Assembly (NCBI GenBank): GCA_002779395.1
Contig: PEWR01000053.1
Span: forward strand, 1 to 47,498
Length of the DNA stretch: 47,498 nt
Source of the DNA: Ignavibacteriales bacterium CG07_land_8_20_14_0_80_59_12
Lineage (GTDB): Bacteria; Bacteroidota; Ignavibacteria; 0-14-0-80-59-12
Direction: 5' to 3'
The notes beneath the pieces were generated by a model. The model saw only the letters and a list, made by a program, of their open reading frames with translations, was not told the origin of the DNA and searched no databases. The stretch's first letter is position 1. Every line of letters begins with the position of its first letter. The translations under genes were made by a program, and so were the position numbers. Positions 19,208 to 27,581 of the stretch are shown one piece after another.

Positions 19208-19796
19208 TCAGGGATTGGGCTGCTAAATTTCTTTCGGCTCTTTCTAAATCCTGTGGCGTATTAATATTGAAAAAAGCCTTTTGCTCAGGATCAAATTGTT
19301 TAAAACCTTCCCAGTTAATCTTTTTTACCCTCACTTGGTCAAAAAATGAACGTACGCGCAAATCACCGCTGGCTAATTGCTCAGCAATAGGTTTCAAACA
19401 ATTTTGGGAGTAAATGGCGCAAAGGGGTTCTAAAAGTCCATTGCGTTCAGGGATGATGATATCATACCCATCGACCTGAGCCTTGAGATAATGGATGATG
19501 TCCCTGGTAATAAAAGGCATATCACACGCTACTACAAAATTATAAAAACTTCCCGAGGCCGTTAACCCCGCATGAATGCCTCCCAGTGGACCATTGTGGA
19601 CAAAAATATCACTGACAACTTTGGGTCCCAGGTGGAGATATTTTCCTCTATCATTAGCCACTATTGTGACCTCATCGAATTCTTTGCTTAATATCTGGAT
19701 GGTGTTTTCAATAATGGCGCGTGAGTCGAGTTTGATGAAGGACTTGGTGGTAGAGATTCGGCTGTTGTTTCCCCCCGCGAGGATGATCGCATTCAT
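19191..19796 (-). CDS. mobA: Molybdenum cofactor guanylyltransferase
   Basis: IILAGG, GPLGGIHAGL, ACDMPF, EPLCAIY, FFNINTPQD. Confidence 0.92.
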   Translation of the reverse strand: MNAIILAGGNNSRISTTKSFIKLDSRAIIENTIQILSKEFDEVTIVANDRGKYLHLGPKVVSDIFVHNGPLGGIHAGLTASGSFYNFVVACDMPFITRDIIHYLKAQVDGYDIIIPERNGLLEPLCAIYSQNCLKPIAEQLASGDLRVRSFFDQVRVKKINWEGFKQFDPEQKAFFNINTPQDLERAERNLAAQSLNDRTD

Positions 19797-20145
19797 TTCG
19801 CACAAATCCTCTCACGTATCGGATTGGCTGATTCAGTTAAAGGGTGAACAAAAATGACCCAAAAGTTAGCAAAAAATAACTAAAATTTGGCAATTTGTCA
19901 AGTCAAATCTTAGCTTTCTGGAATTGAAAGGATGATTTATTCCGGTTGAAACCCCGTTTATTGATTGTTATTTTCAGATCGAGGGTCCTTTGTCAGGGGC
20001 CATCATATTCCCCAGGCAGGGCCAGAACGATTCTCCATCTGTTGCCTTGCTTGAACGATAGTATAATAGTGACTCCGATTGAGGGAGTCAAGCGATCATG
20101 GTTCAGGGCGGTCGGATCATGTTAAGCGTCCTGTGGTTGAGGGGG

Positions 20146-20400
20146 TTAAGCGTTGTCCGGTTCGGGTGCAAGCTTTTTCCTGTATGACTGACCTTTTATG
20201 ACGACTTGGTGTGATGTGTGCGCTAGGCGCGCCAAGGCGGCCAAGCCGGTCGAGGATCGCATTGGCGATGAAGAGGATCGGGGAAGAGCTTGGGCCAGGT
20301 GAGTCTTGCCGGTTCCGGTAGGGCCGAGAAGGAAGACACCCTTGAACTGGATGTAGAGGTCGGGATGGACTGAGGCTTCCTTCCACTCGGGCTTAACGAA
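20146..20400 (-). pseudogene. IS21 helper ATPase IstB remnant (internally deleted, frameshifted)
   Basis: Walker A GPTGTGKTHLAQAL, ANAILDRL and HQVVIKGQSYR, spread over different frames. Confidence 0.75.
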
Positions 20401-20416
20401 GTGGCGAGCCACGCCG

Positions 20417-20587
20417 CAGGCCAACGGCCCGCCGTAGGCAGGCATGTGCGAGACATTGAAGTTTAGCCCGAAGATGTGCGATCCGCCTCAGGCCAACGGC
20501 CCGCCATAGGCAGGCACGAGCGAGACATTGAAGTTTAGTCCAAAGATGTGCGATCCGCCTCAGGCCGGCGGCCCGCCGTAGGCAGGC
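20417..20587. repeat. 72-bp tandem repeat, about 2.4 copies
   Basis: Units begin CAGGCC at 20417, 20489 and 20561; shared GGCCCGCCRTAGGCAGGC...GAGACATTGAAGTTTAG...AAGATGTGCGATCCGCCT. Confidence 0.9.
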
Positions 20588-20723
20588 CTGCCCGCCGCAG
20601 GCAGGCGGACGGAGCGAACGAGCACATCGAAGGGCGTAGCTCGACAGAGTTCGTTCGACAGAATCCGTCGGAATCGGCGATCGGAATCGACGATCGGAGT
20701 CTGACCTGCCCGCCGCAGGCAGG
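20587..20723. repeat. Two copies of the 19-bp palindromic element CCTGCCCGCCGCAGGCAGG (third copy inverted at 11411-11429)
   Basis: Identical 19-mers at 20587-20605 and 20705-20723; exact reverse complement at 11411-11429. Confidence 0.9.
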
Positions 20724-20755
20724 CAACCAGTGCCGAGGGGAGCGCTCCGCGAATG

Positions 20756-20864
20756 TCCGAACATCGGGACTCGGGTTTGCGAACTTGCTTGGACGGGCAA
20801 GTAAACTTCCACGGACAACTGAGTCAGACGAAGCGTAAGCGAAGTCGCAAGCCTGAAGTTAGGC
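20756..20864 (-). other. attC-like recombination site downstream of the radical SAM gene
   Basis: Minus strand GCCTAAC...GTTCGGA core pair; inner arms 20771-20790 and 20837-20856 form an imperfect inverted repeat; asymmetric spacing suggests decay. Confidence 0.45.
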
Positions 20865-20884
20865 GAACCTTTTTACAAAATATT

Positions 20885-22480
20885 TTATAAGTATTTTTCA
20901 TAAACCTTTCTAAAATGGTAACCATAAATCGCATAGGTTAATGCCAATGGGAAAAGACGCGGTCGTTTAAAAAAAGCCCAAAAAAAGAGTTTCCAATAAT
21001 AAACCCTTGCTTTATCTTTTATGCCAAGAAACCATAGGGATTTAAAGAATGCACCGGAATAACCGAAATGGAAACGAATGTAACCGAAGTGAAAATGCAA
21101 CTTTTTTAGTGGCTTATATTCTTTTAAAAATCCCTTAACCCGTTCGTAATAAGATTTAGGGGAGTAGATTCCGTCGATAATTCTTTTATAGCCATTAATG
21201 AGTATTTCATAATTCATTTTAGGGATAAAGTTTATCGAAAAGTCAGTATTATCTCCAGAAGGATTCTTTAGCAATCTATTCTCCTTTTTAAGACGTTGGT
21301 AAAGTTTTGTACCACGAGGAGCATTTAATAAGCCAACCATTGCAGTAACAATTTTGCTTTTTTGAATAAACTCGATTTGTCTTTCAAAAATTGAGAACGG
21401 ATCATTATCAAATCCAACAATAAATCCTCCCTCCACCTGCAAACCAAACGTCTGAATTTTTTTAACGCAACCAATTAAATCACGATTCTTATTCTGAAAC
21501 TTACTGCATTCTTCTAAACTCTCCTCATTCGGAGTTTCAATACCAACAAAAACTGTATGAAATCCTGCTTGAACCATCAATCGCATAAGTTCTTCATCAT
21601 CAGAAAGATTTATAGATGCCTGGGTGGTAAATACGAAAGGATATCTTCTTTGCTTCATCCATTTAGCAAGAGCGGGTAAAACCTCATTTTTCAACTTTGC
21701 TTTATTCCCGATGAAATTATCATCAACAAAGAATACTCCACCCCCCCAGCCTTGTAAATACAGACTCTCCAACTCTGCTAATATCTGATCCTTATCCTTT
21801 GTTCGTGGTTTGTGTCCATAGAGCAAGGTAATATCACAGAATTCACAATTAAAGGGGCAACCTCTAGAATACTGAATATTCATTGTAGCATATTTTTTCA
21901 TATTGACAAGTTCCCAGTTCGGGATAGGTGTCTTCTTTATATCTGCCCATTGGGAAGATGTGTAAACTCCGTTAGAGATAGGTTGTTGTGGGCGACCGTT
22001 ATCCTGCCTATCGGGGTTATCTCTAACGGAGTAAATATGTTTAGCACACCCATTCTCTAAATCTTCCAAAAATAATGGGAGTGTAATCTCGGCCTCATTG
22101 AGTACCAGATGGTCTGCTTCCTCAAACTCGTCATGGTTACTTGTGAAGAGAGGTCCACCAGCTACAATTTTAATACCCATTTTTTTACATCGGCTGATGA
22201 TTCCTTTTACAGATTCTTTTTGGATAGCCATAGCACTGATAAAAACAAAATCAGCCCACTTGAGGTCTTTGTCCTTCAGGGAAGTCACATTCATGTCTAC
22301 GAGTTTTTTGTCCCATTCTTTAGGAAGTATCGAGGCTACAGTCAATAATCCAAGAGGCGGGTTACCCGCTTTTTTGGAGATAAATTTCAACGCATATTTA
22401 AAGCTCCAAAACGTCTCCGGAAACTTTGGATAAACGAGAAGTATCTTCACCCCATCGGAGACTTTCCGCAAATTAGGCAT
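20885..22480 (-). CDS. B12-binding domain radical SAM protein (DUF4070 type); alternative start at GTG 22450
   Basis: LLVYP...PPLGLLTVA B12 domain, SRGCPFNCEFCD, FVDDNFIG, GIETP; strongly AT-rich compared with the core genes. Confidence 0.9.
   Translation of the reverse strand: MPNLRKVSDGVKILLVYPKFPETFWSFKYALKFISKKAGNPPLGLLTVASILPKEWDKKLVDMNVTSLKDKDLKWADFVFISAMAIQKESVKGIISRCKKMGIKIVAGGPLFTSNHDEFEEADHLVLNEAEITLPLFLEDLENGCAKHIYSVRDNPDRQDNGRPQQPISNGVYTSSQWADIKKTPIPNWELVNMKKYATMNIQYSRGCPFNCEFCDITLLYGHKPRTKDKDQILAELESLYLQGWGGGVFFVDDNFIGNKAKLKNEVLPALAKWMKQRRYPFVFTTQASINLSDDEELMRLMVQAGFHTVFVGIETPNEESLEECSKFQNKNRDLIGCVKKIQTFGLQVEGGFIVGFDNDPFSIFERQIEFIQKSKIVTAMVGLLNAPRGTKLYQRLKKENRLLKNPSGDNTDFSINFIPKMNYEILINGYKRIIDGIYSPKSYYERVKGFLKEYKPLKKLHFHFGYIRFHFGYSGAFFKSLWFLGIKDKARVYYWKLFFWAFFKRPRLFPLALTYAIYGYHFRKVYEKYL
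21966..22032. mobile_element. 67-bp MITE-like palindromic element inserted in frame in the radical SAM gene
   Basis: Perfect 15-bp TIRs ACTCCGTTAGAGATA / TATCTCTAACGGAGT, flanked by AA on both sides; 67+2 = 69 bp = 23 codons. Confidence 0.85.
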
Positions 22481-22685
22481 TGAGAGCAACCTCGAAAGTC
22501 GTCAGTAGCGCCTTTTCCGTTTCCGGCATTGGAAATTCTTCAAGATAGAGTTCAGTTGCCTCTCTGAGATTTACCAGAGCCTCTTCAACCGTTGCGCCTT
22601 GACTGACTGTGCCAACCTCCGGACATTCAGCCACATACATATCTTCTTCTCGATGAAGAACTGCTGTGAATGTTCTAACGCTCAT
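22473..22685 (-). CDS. hicB: HicB-family antitoxin
   Basis: FTAVLHREEDMYVAECPEVGTVSQGATVEEALVNLREATELYLE; AGGAGG RBS. Confidence 0.9.
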   Translation of the reverse strand: MSVRTFTAVLHREEDMYVAECPEVGTVSQGATVEEALVNLREATELYLEEFPMPETEKALLTTFEVALNA

Positions 22686-22810
22686 TGAACCTCCTTTTTC
22701 GGGTAATATAGCAAAAATCTCGTTCGGGTGCCGTGTACTGGATTGACGCCCGAGGGTGCGTCTATCATGCCCCTTGGGTTGGATAAAGGCACCATGATGT
22801 GCAGGTGCAT

Positions 22811-23200
22811 TTATTTCACCCTTGGCTTCACCCCCTTCGTCGGCTTTGAGATTGTGATCTGGTCAATTAGGCTCCGAATCGCTGCAATGCTCTGCTTTGT
22901 CACATGTGTATAGATCTCGGTCGTCTTGGAGCTGGTATGGCCCACCAGCCCTGGATGAACCGCAAGTCAATCTCCCAGCCTCCAAGGCGGGCACAAAAAA
23001 GGAAGAAGCGAGTGAATGCTTACCCGCTTTCTCAAATGCGCCTTCTCCACCGCGCGCTCGAAAACCTTCTGCACACGCCGGACTGCTATTGGCTGTCCAT
23101 CATCCTGCCCTTCGAACGGCCACTTCTTCGGCGGATAGTCGCGCCAGTAGTCTCGCAGAGCGGCGAGCAAACCATCAGAGAGCAGTGAGACAGTCTCCCT
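22811..23200 (-). pseudogene. Tyrosine recombinase C-terminal remnant (integron-integrase-like), multiply frameshifted
   Basis: LLAALRDYW...FEGQ...KRVSIHSL, DLRFIQ and LVGHTSSKTTEIYTHV...IRSLID, read in different frames. Confidence 0.8.
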
Positions 23201-23423
23201 TGTCTCGGATTTAGAACCCGCATGCCCAAGCACGAAGTGGCCGGAGTTTGTAGAGAGAACTTAGCAAAAACTCACGCCTAAATCGGATTTAAGGGCGTCA
23301 GCGGTAGAACTCCCGCTGCTCAAGGCGAAGCTGCTCTTCAAACAATGAATAGAGAACGATTGCCGACGCCTCCGCTCCCGAGAACCGCGGCGGGTGCGGC
23401 AGACGCTCCTCGTTTCGATTGGC

Positions 23424-26400
23424 TCAGCTTCCCTTCGGCCCGCCCGACTCGCCGTCGGTCTTCTTCGGGCTCCAGGAAGCGAGACGTTCGTAACGCTTCC
23501 AGCGGTTCTGTACGTCGGCCTTAGCCCGCTTTAGCAGCAGCTTCGCGGCTTCGGGGTTGCTCTTCGTCAGCATCTTGAAGCGGTTTTCCGAATAGACATA
23601 ATCCTCGAGCCGGAGCTTCGGAGCGCGCGAATCAAGCTGCAACGGGTTTTCGCCTTGTGCTGCACGTTCTGGATTGTACCGGTAGAGGAGCCATTGTCCC
23701 GATTCAACCGCCGCCTTCTGATGCTGCAGCCCCTCCTCGAGCTCAAACCCCTGCTCGATGCAGTGACTGTATGCGATGATGATCGACGGGCCGTTGTATG
23801 CTTCGGCTTCCAGGAATGACTTGAGCGTCTGTTCGTCCCGTGCTCCCATGGCGACCTGCGCGACGTAGACATTGCCGTAGTTCATCGCCATCATCCCGAG
23901 GTCCTTCTTTGAGGTCGGCTTGCCTCCCGCGGCGAACTTTGCCACGGCGCCGACCGGTGTGGACTTCGACATCTGTCCGCCGGTGTTGGAGTACACCTCC
24001 GTATCGAGGACGAGGATGTTGACGTTCCGTCCGCTCGCGAGGACGTGGTCTAGCCCGCCGTATCCGATGTCGTAGGCCCATCCGTCTCCGCCGACGATCC
24101 AGACGCTCTTCTTCACGAGCATGTCGGCGACGCTGAGGAGCTGTTTCACATCGGGGGAGTCGATGCCTTCAAGTTTCTTCTTAAGCTCCGCCACGCGGCC
24201 CCGCTGCTCGTAGATATCTGCTTCGTCCTTCTGCGGTCCGGTGGCGATAGCGTTCGCGAGGTCCTCTCCGATCGTCCCGGCAAGCTTCTTCACGAGCTCC
24301 ATCGCATACTCTTTCTGCTTGTCGATGGAGATGCGGAAGCCGAGCCCGAACTCCGCGTTGTCCTCGAAGAGGGAGTTCGACCAGGCCGGTCCGCGCCCTT
24401 CGGCGTTCTGTGCCCACGGCGTCGTGGGCAGGTTTCCGCCATAGATTGACGAGCACCCGGTCGCGTTCGCAACAATCGCCCGGTCACCGAAAAGCTGAGT
24501 CATAAGCTTCAAGTAAGGGGTTTCACCGCACCCGGCACACGCGCCGGAGAACTCGAAAAGCGGCTCCTGAACCTGCTGCTGGCGGATAGTGTTGACCTTG
24601 ATGTTGCGGCGGTCCATCTCCGGAATCTTGAGGAAGAAGTCCCAGTTCTCCCGCTCGGTCACGCGCAAAGGGGGCTGCGGCGCCATGTTGAGGGCCTTGA
24701 GCCGCGTGACCGACTTGTTCTTTACCGGGCACACATCCACACAGAGGGTGCATCCCGTGCAGTCCTCAGGGGCGACCTGGATTGTGTATTTCATGCCCGT
24801 CCACTCGCGGTCCTTCGATTCCATCCACTTGAATGTTGCGGGAGCGCCCTCGAGATACTTCGGATCGTACACCTTGATGCGGATGACGCCGTGCGGACAC
24901 ACCATGGCGCACTTGCCGCACTGGATGCAGATTTTCTCATCCCAAACCGGGATCTCGAGCGCGATGTTCCTCTTCTCCCACTTCGCGGTCGCGGTCGGGA
25001 ACGTTCCGTCGGCTGAGAACGCGCTCACCGGAAGACCGTCGCCGCGCCCGGCGATGATCTCGCCGAGGGTCTCACGGACGAACGCCGGGGCTTCCGTCGG
25101 AACCGGAGGAGGCATCTCAATCGCGCTCGTGACCTTGTCGGGTACCTTCACCTCGTAGAGATGCGAGAGCGTTTGGTCGACCGCCTTTAGATTCATCGCG
25201 ACAATCTCGTCTCCCTTGCGGCCGTACGTCTTCCTGATCGAGTTCTTGATGGCCTCGATCGCCTCCTCCTTCGGGAGGAGGCCAGTGATCGCGAAGAAGC
25301 AAACCTGCATGACGGTGTTGATGCGTCCGCCCATACCGCTTTCCTTCGCCACCTTGACGGCATCGATGACAAAGAACTTCAGCTTCTTCGCGACGAGCTG
25401 CTCTTGCATCATCCGCGGGAGATGGTCCCACACTTCTTCGGGCCCGTACGGAGCGTTAAGGAGGAATGTCCCACCGTCCACGAGGTCGCTCAGCATGTCG
25501 TACCGCTCAAGGAAGACCGGCTGGTGACAGCCGACGAAGTTCGCCTTCGAGACACGGTAGGTGGAGCGAATCTTCCCGGGACCGAAGCGCAGGTGGGACA
25601 CGGTGACAGTGCCTGACTTCTTCGAGTCATAGACGAAGTAGCCCTGCGCATCGTTGTCCGTGTTTTCGCCGATAATCTTGATGGAATTCTTATTCGCGCC
25701 GACGGTGCCGTCTGCGCCGAGGCCGTAGAAGAGGGCCCGGATCACGCTTTCCGGTTCGGTCGAGAACGACGGGTCGTACGGAAGGCTCGTCTGGAACACG
25801 TCGTCGTTGATGCCGATCGTGAAATGCTTCTTCGGCGACGCGAGAGCCAGGTTGTCGAACACACCTTTCACCATCGCCGGCGTGAACTCCTTCGAGGAAA
25901 GACCGTAGCGTCCGCCGGCAACCTTCACGCAGTCTTTCAGCGAACCCCATCCGTTTTCCTTCGCCTCGTAGAGTGCGTTGACGCAGTCGAGGTAGAGCGG
26001 CTCGCCTGCACTTCCCGGTTCCTTTGTCCTGTCGAGGACGGCAATTGCCCTGACAGTCGCAGGAAGAGCCTCGACGAAGCGCCTCACGTCGAACGGCCGA
26101 TAGAGCCGAACTTTGAGGACCCCGACCTTCTCTCCCTTGTCCGTGAGGTAGTCGACGGTCTCGTGAGCCGTCTCGGCACCGGAGCCCATGATGACGACGA
26201 CGCGTTCTGCATCAGGCGCGCCGTGGTACTCAAAGAGCGAATAGCGGCGGCCGACTATGTCGGCGAACCTGTCCATCGCCTTCTGGACGAGCGCCGGACA
26301 CGCTGCATAGTACGTGTTCACTGTCTCCCGCGTCTGGAAGTAGACGTCTGGGTTCTGTGCAGTGCCGCGAAGAACTGGATGGTCCGGTGACAGCGCGCGG

Positions 26401-27014
26401 GCGCGGTGGCTCAGCACGAGGTCGAGATCGATCATTGCGCGCATGTTCTCCTCGGATATCAGCTCAATCTTCGAGACCTCGTGCGACGTCCGGAACCCGT
26501 CAAAGAAGTGTAGGAACGGTATGCGTGTTTCGAGTGTCGCCGCCTGAGCGATGAGGGCGAAATCCATCGCCTCCTGGACGGATGCGGATGAGAGAAGTGC
26601 GAAACCCGTGGAGCGGGTCGCCATTACATCGGAATGGTCGCCGAAAATCGAGAGCGCCTGTGCCGCCACCGTCCGCGCGGCGACGTGGAACACCGTTGAC
26701 GTCAGCTCGCCCGCTATCTTGTACATGTTCGGGATCATGAGGAGAAGTCCCTGCGACGACGTAAACGTCGTCGTCAGCGAGCCGGTCTGGAGAGCCCCGT
26801 GGACTGCGCCGGAGGCGCCTCCTTCGCTCTGCATCTCCGTCACCGTGGGGATGGTTCCCCAGATGTTCGGCTTCAGTTCCGACGCCCACTGGTCCGACCA
26901 CTCTCCCATCGGCGAGGAAGGCGTGATGGGATAAATGGCGATGACCTCGTTAACGCGGAAGGCAACGTACGCTACTGCTTCATTGCCGTCAATTGTAGTG
27001 AAATCCTTTTTCAT
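23424..27014 (-). CDS. nifJ: Pyruvate:ferredoxin (flavodoxin) oxidoreductase
   Basis: DGNEA, YPITPSS, MQSEGGA, FFDGFRTSHE, two ferredoxin motifs, FSGACAGCGETPY, GGDGWAYDIG. Confidence 0.97.
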   Translation of the reverse strand: MKKDFTTIDGNEAVAYVAFRVNEVIAIYPITPSSPMGEWSDQWASELKPNIWGTIPTVTEMQSEGGASGAVHGALQTGSLTTTFTSSQGLLLMIPNMYKIAGELTSTVFHVAARTVAAQALSIFGDHSDVMATRSTGFALLSSASVQEAMDFALIAQAATLETRIPFLHFFDGFRTSHEVSKIELISEENMRAMIDLDLVLSHRARALSPDHPVLRGTAQNPDVYFQTRETVNTYYAACPALVQKAMDRFADIVGRRYSLFEYHGAPDAERVVVIMGSGAETAHETVDYLTDKGEKVGVLKVRLYRPFDVRRFVEALPATVRAIAVLDRTKEPGSAGEPLYLDCVNALYEAKENGWGSLKDCVKVAGGRYGLSSKEFTPAMVKGVFDNLALASPKKHFTIGINDDVFQTSLPYDPSFSTEPESVIRALFYGLGADGTVGANKNSIKIIGENTDNDAQGYFVYDSKKSGTVTVSHLRFGPGKIRSTYRVSKANFVGCHQPVFLERYDMLSDLVDGGTFLLNAPYGPEEVWDHLPRMMQEQLVAKKLKFFVIDAVKVAKESGMGGRINTVMQVCFFAITGLLPKEEAIEAIKNSIRKTYGRKGDEIVAMNLKAVDQTLSHLYEVKVPDKVTSAIEMPPPVPTEAPAFVRETLGEIIAGRGDGLPVSAFSADGTFPTATAKWEKRNIALEIPVWDEKICIQCGKCAMVCPHGVIRIKVYDPKYLEGAPATFKWMESKDREWTGMKYTIQVAPEDCTGCTLCVDVCPVKNKSVTRLKALNMAPQPPLRVTERENWDFFLKIPEMDRRNIKVNTIRQQQVQEPLFEFSGACAGCGETPYLKLMTQLFGDRAIVANATGCSSIYGGNLPTTPWAQNAEGRGPAWSNSLFEDNAEFGLGFRISIDKQKEYAMELVKKLAGTIGEDLANAIATGPQKDEADIYEQRGRVAELKKKLEGIDSPDVKQLLSVADMLVKKSVWIVGGDGWAYDIGYGGLDHVLASGRNVNILVLDTEVYSNTGGQMSKSTPVGAVAKFAAGGKPTSKKDLGMMAMNYGNVYVAQVAMGARDEQTLKSFLEAEAYNGPSIIIAYSHCIEQGFELEEGLQHQKAAVESGQWLLYRYNPERAAQGENPLQLDSRAPKLRLEDYVYSENRFKMLTKSNPEAAKLLLKRAKADVQNRWKRYERLASWSPKKTDGESGGPKGS

Positions 27015-27284
27015 CTCTTCGTCAAACCTCCCAGGTTTCTCATTTTCTTGATGGATCTGTTGGATTCTTGAACAGTCTCAACGGTGCGCGGGAAGCACAA
27101 AGAACCTACACTTCCGCCATGATCCTTGAAGGATCGATAGTTGAGTCGGCCGTAACGGGATTCAAAAGTCGTTTCAAGTTACTCCAAAGGAGCAGAATTT
27201 GCAAGAAAACCTCAACGACGCGGAGTCAAGCCCCCCATGCCACCAGGGCCTCCCTCACCCAAGATGGAAGCAGTCCCTTCCCTT

Positions 27285-27318
27285 AAACGAAAGAAGCCAT
27301 CCGTTTGGATGGCTTCTT
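27285..27318 (-). terminator. Intrinsic terminator downstream of tRNA-Phe
   Basis: Perfect 12-bp stem AAGAAGCCATCC-gttt-GGATGGCTTCTT. Confidence 0.7.
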
Positions 27319-27407
27319 GCTTGCTGGACTTTCAGTCCCGAATGTATTCGCATCAAACCGCGATACCCCTGGGGGAGCAGACGTACAAACCGGTCGATGC
27401 CTATGTG

Positions 27408-27480
27408 TGGACAGGGGCGGAATCGAACCGCCGACACAAGGATTTTCAGTCCTTTGCTCTACCGACTGAGCTACCTGTCC
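27408..27480 (-). tRNA. tRNA-Phe(GAA)
   Basis: GGACAGGTAGCTCAGTCGGTAGAGCAAAGGACTGAAAATCCTTGTGTCGGCGGTTCGATTCCGCCCCTGTCCA. Confidence 0.97.
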
Positions 27481-27537
27481 GAGGGGTCAGGCCCAGGAGG
27501 GTACACTCAAGGCGACATCAAGCCGTAGATCACCCTA

Positions 27538-27566
27538 AATATATCCGAGGCGCCTCAGAAAAACAA
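27538..27566 (-). promoter_or_regulatory. Promoter for tRNA-Phe
   Basis: TTGTTT, 17 bp, TATATT. Confidence 0.5.
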
Positions 27567-27581
27567 GGGATTCATGCCCCA

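Noticed and set aside
20417-20725. Possible CRISPR array
   Set aside because: The sequences between the palindromes are near-identical copies rather than unique spacers; no cas genes or leader
20885-22480. HpnP hopanoid C-2 methylase call for the radical SAM gene, given hpnCDE nearby
   Set aside because: The N-terminus (ETFWSFKYAL...PPLGLL) fits the widespread non-HpnP paralogues, and the gene lies in a foreign AT-rich island
23200-23423. attR direct repeat of the tRNA-Ser 3' end closing the island
   Set aside because: No convincing copy of the tRNA 3' sequence found, so the island's right boundary is only compositional
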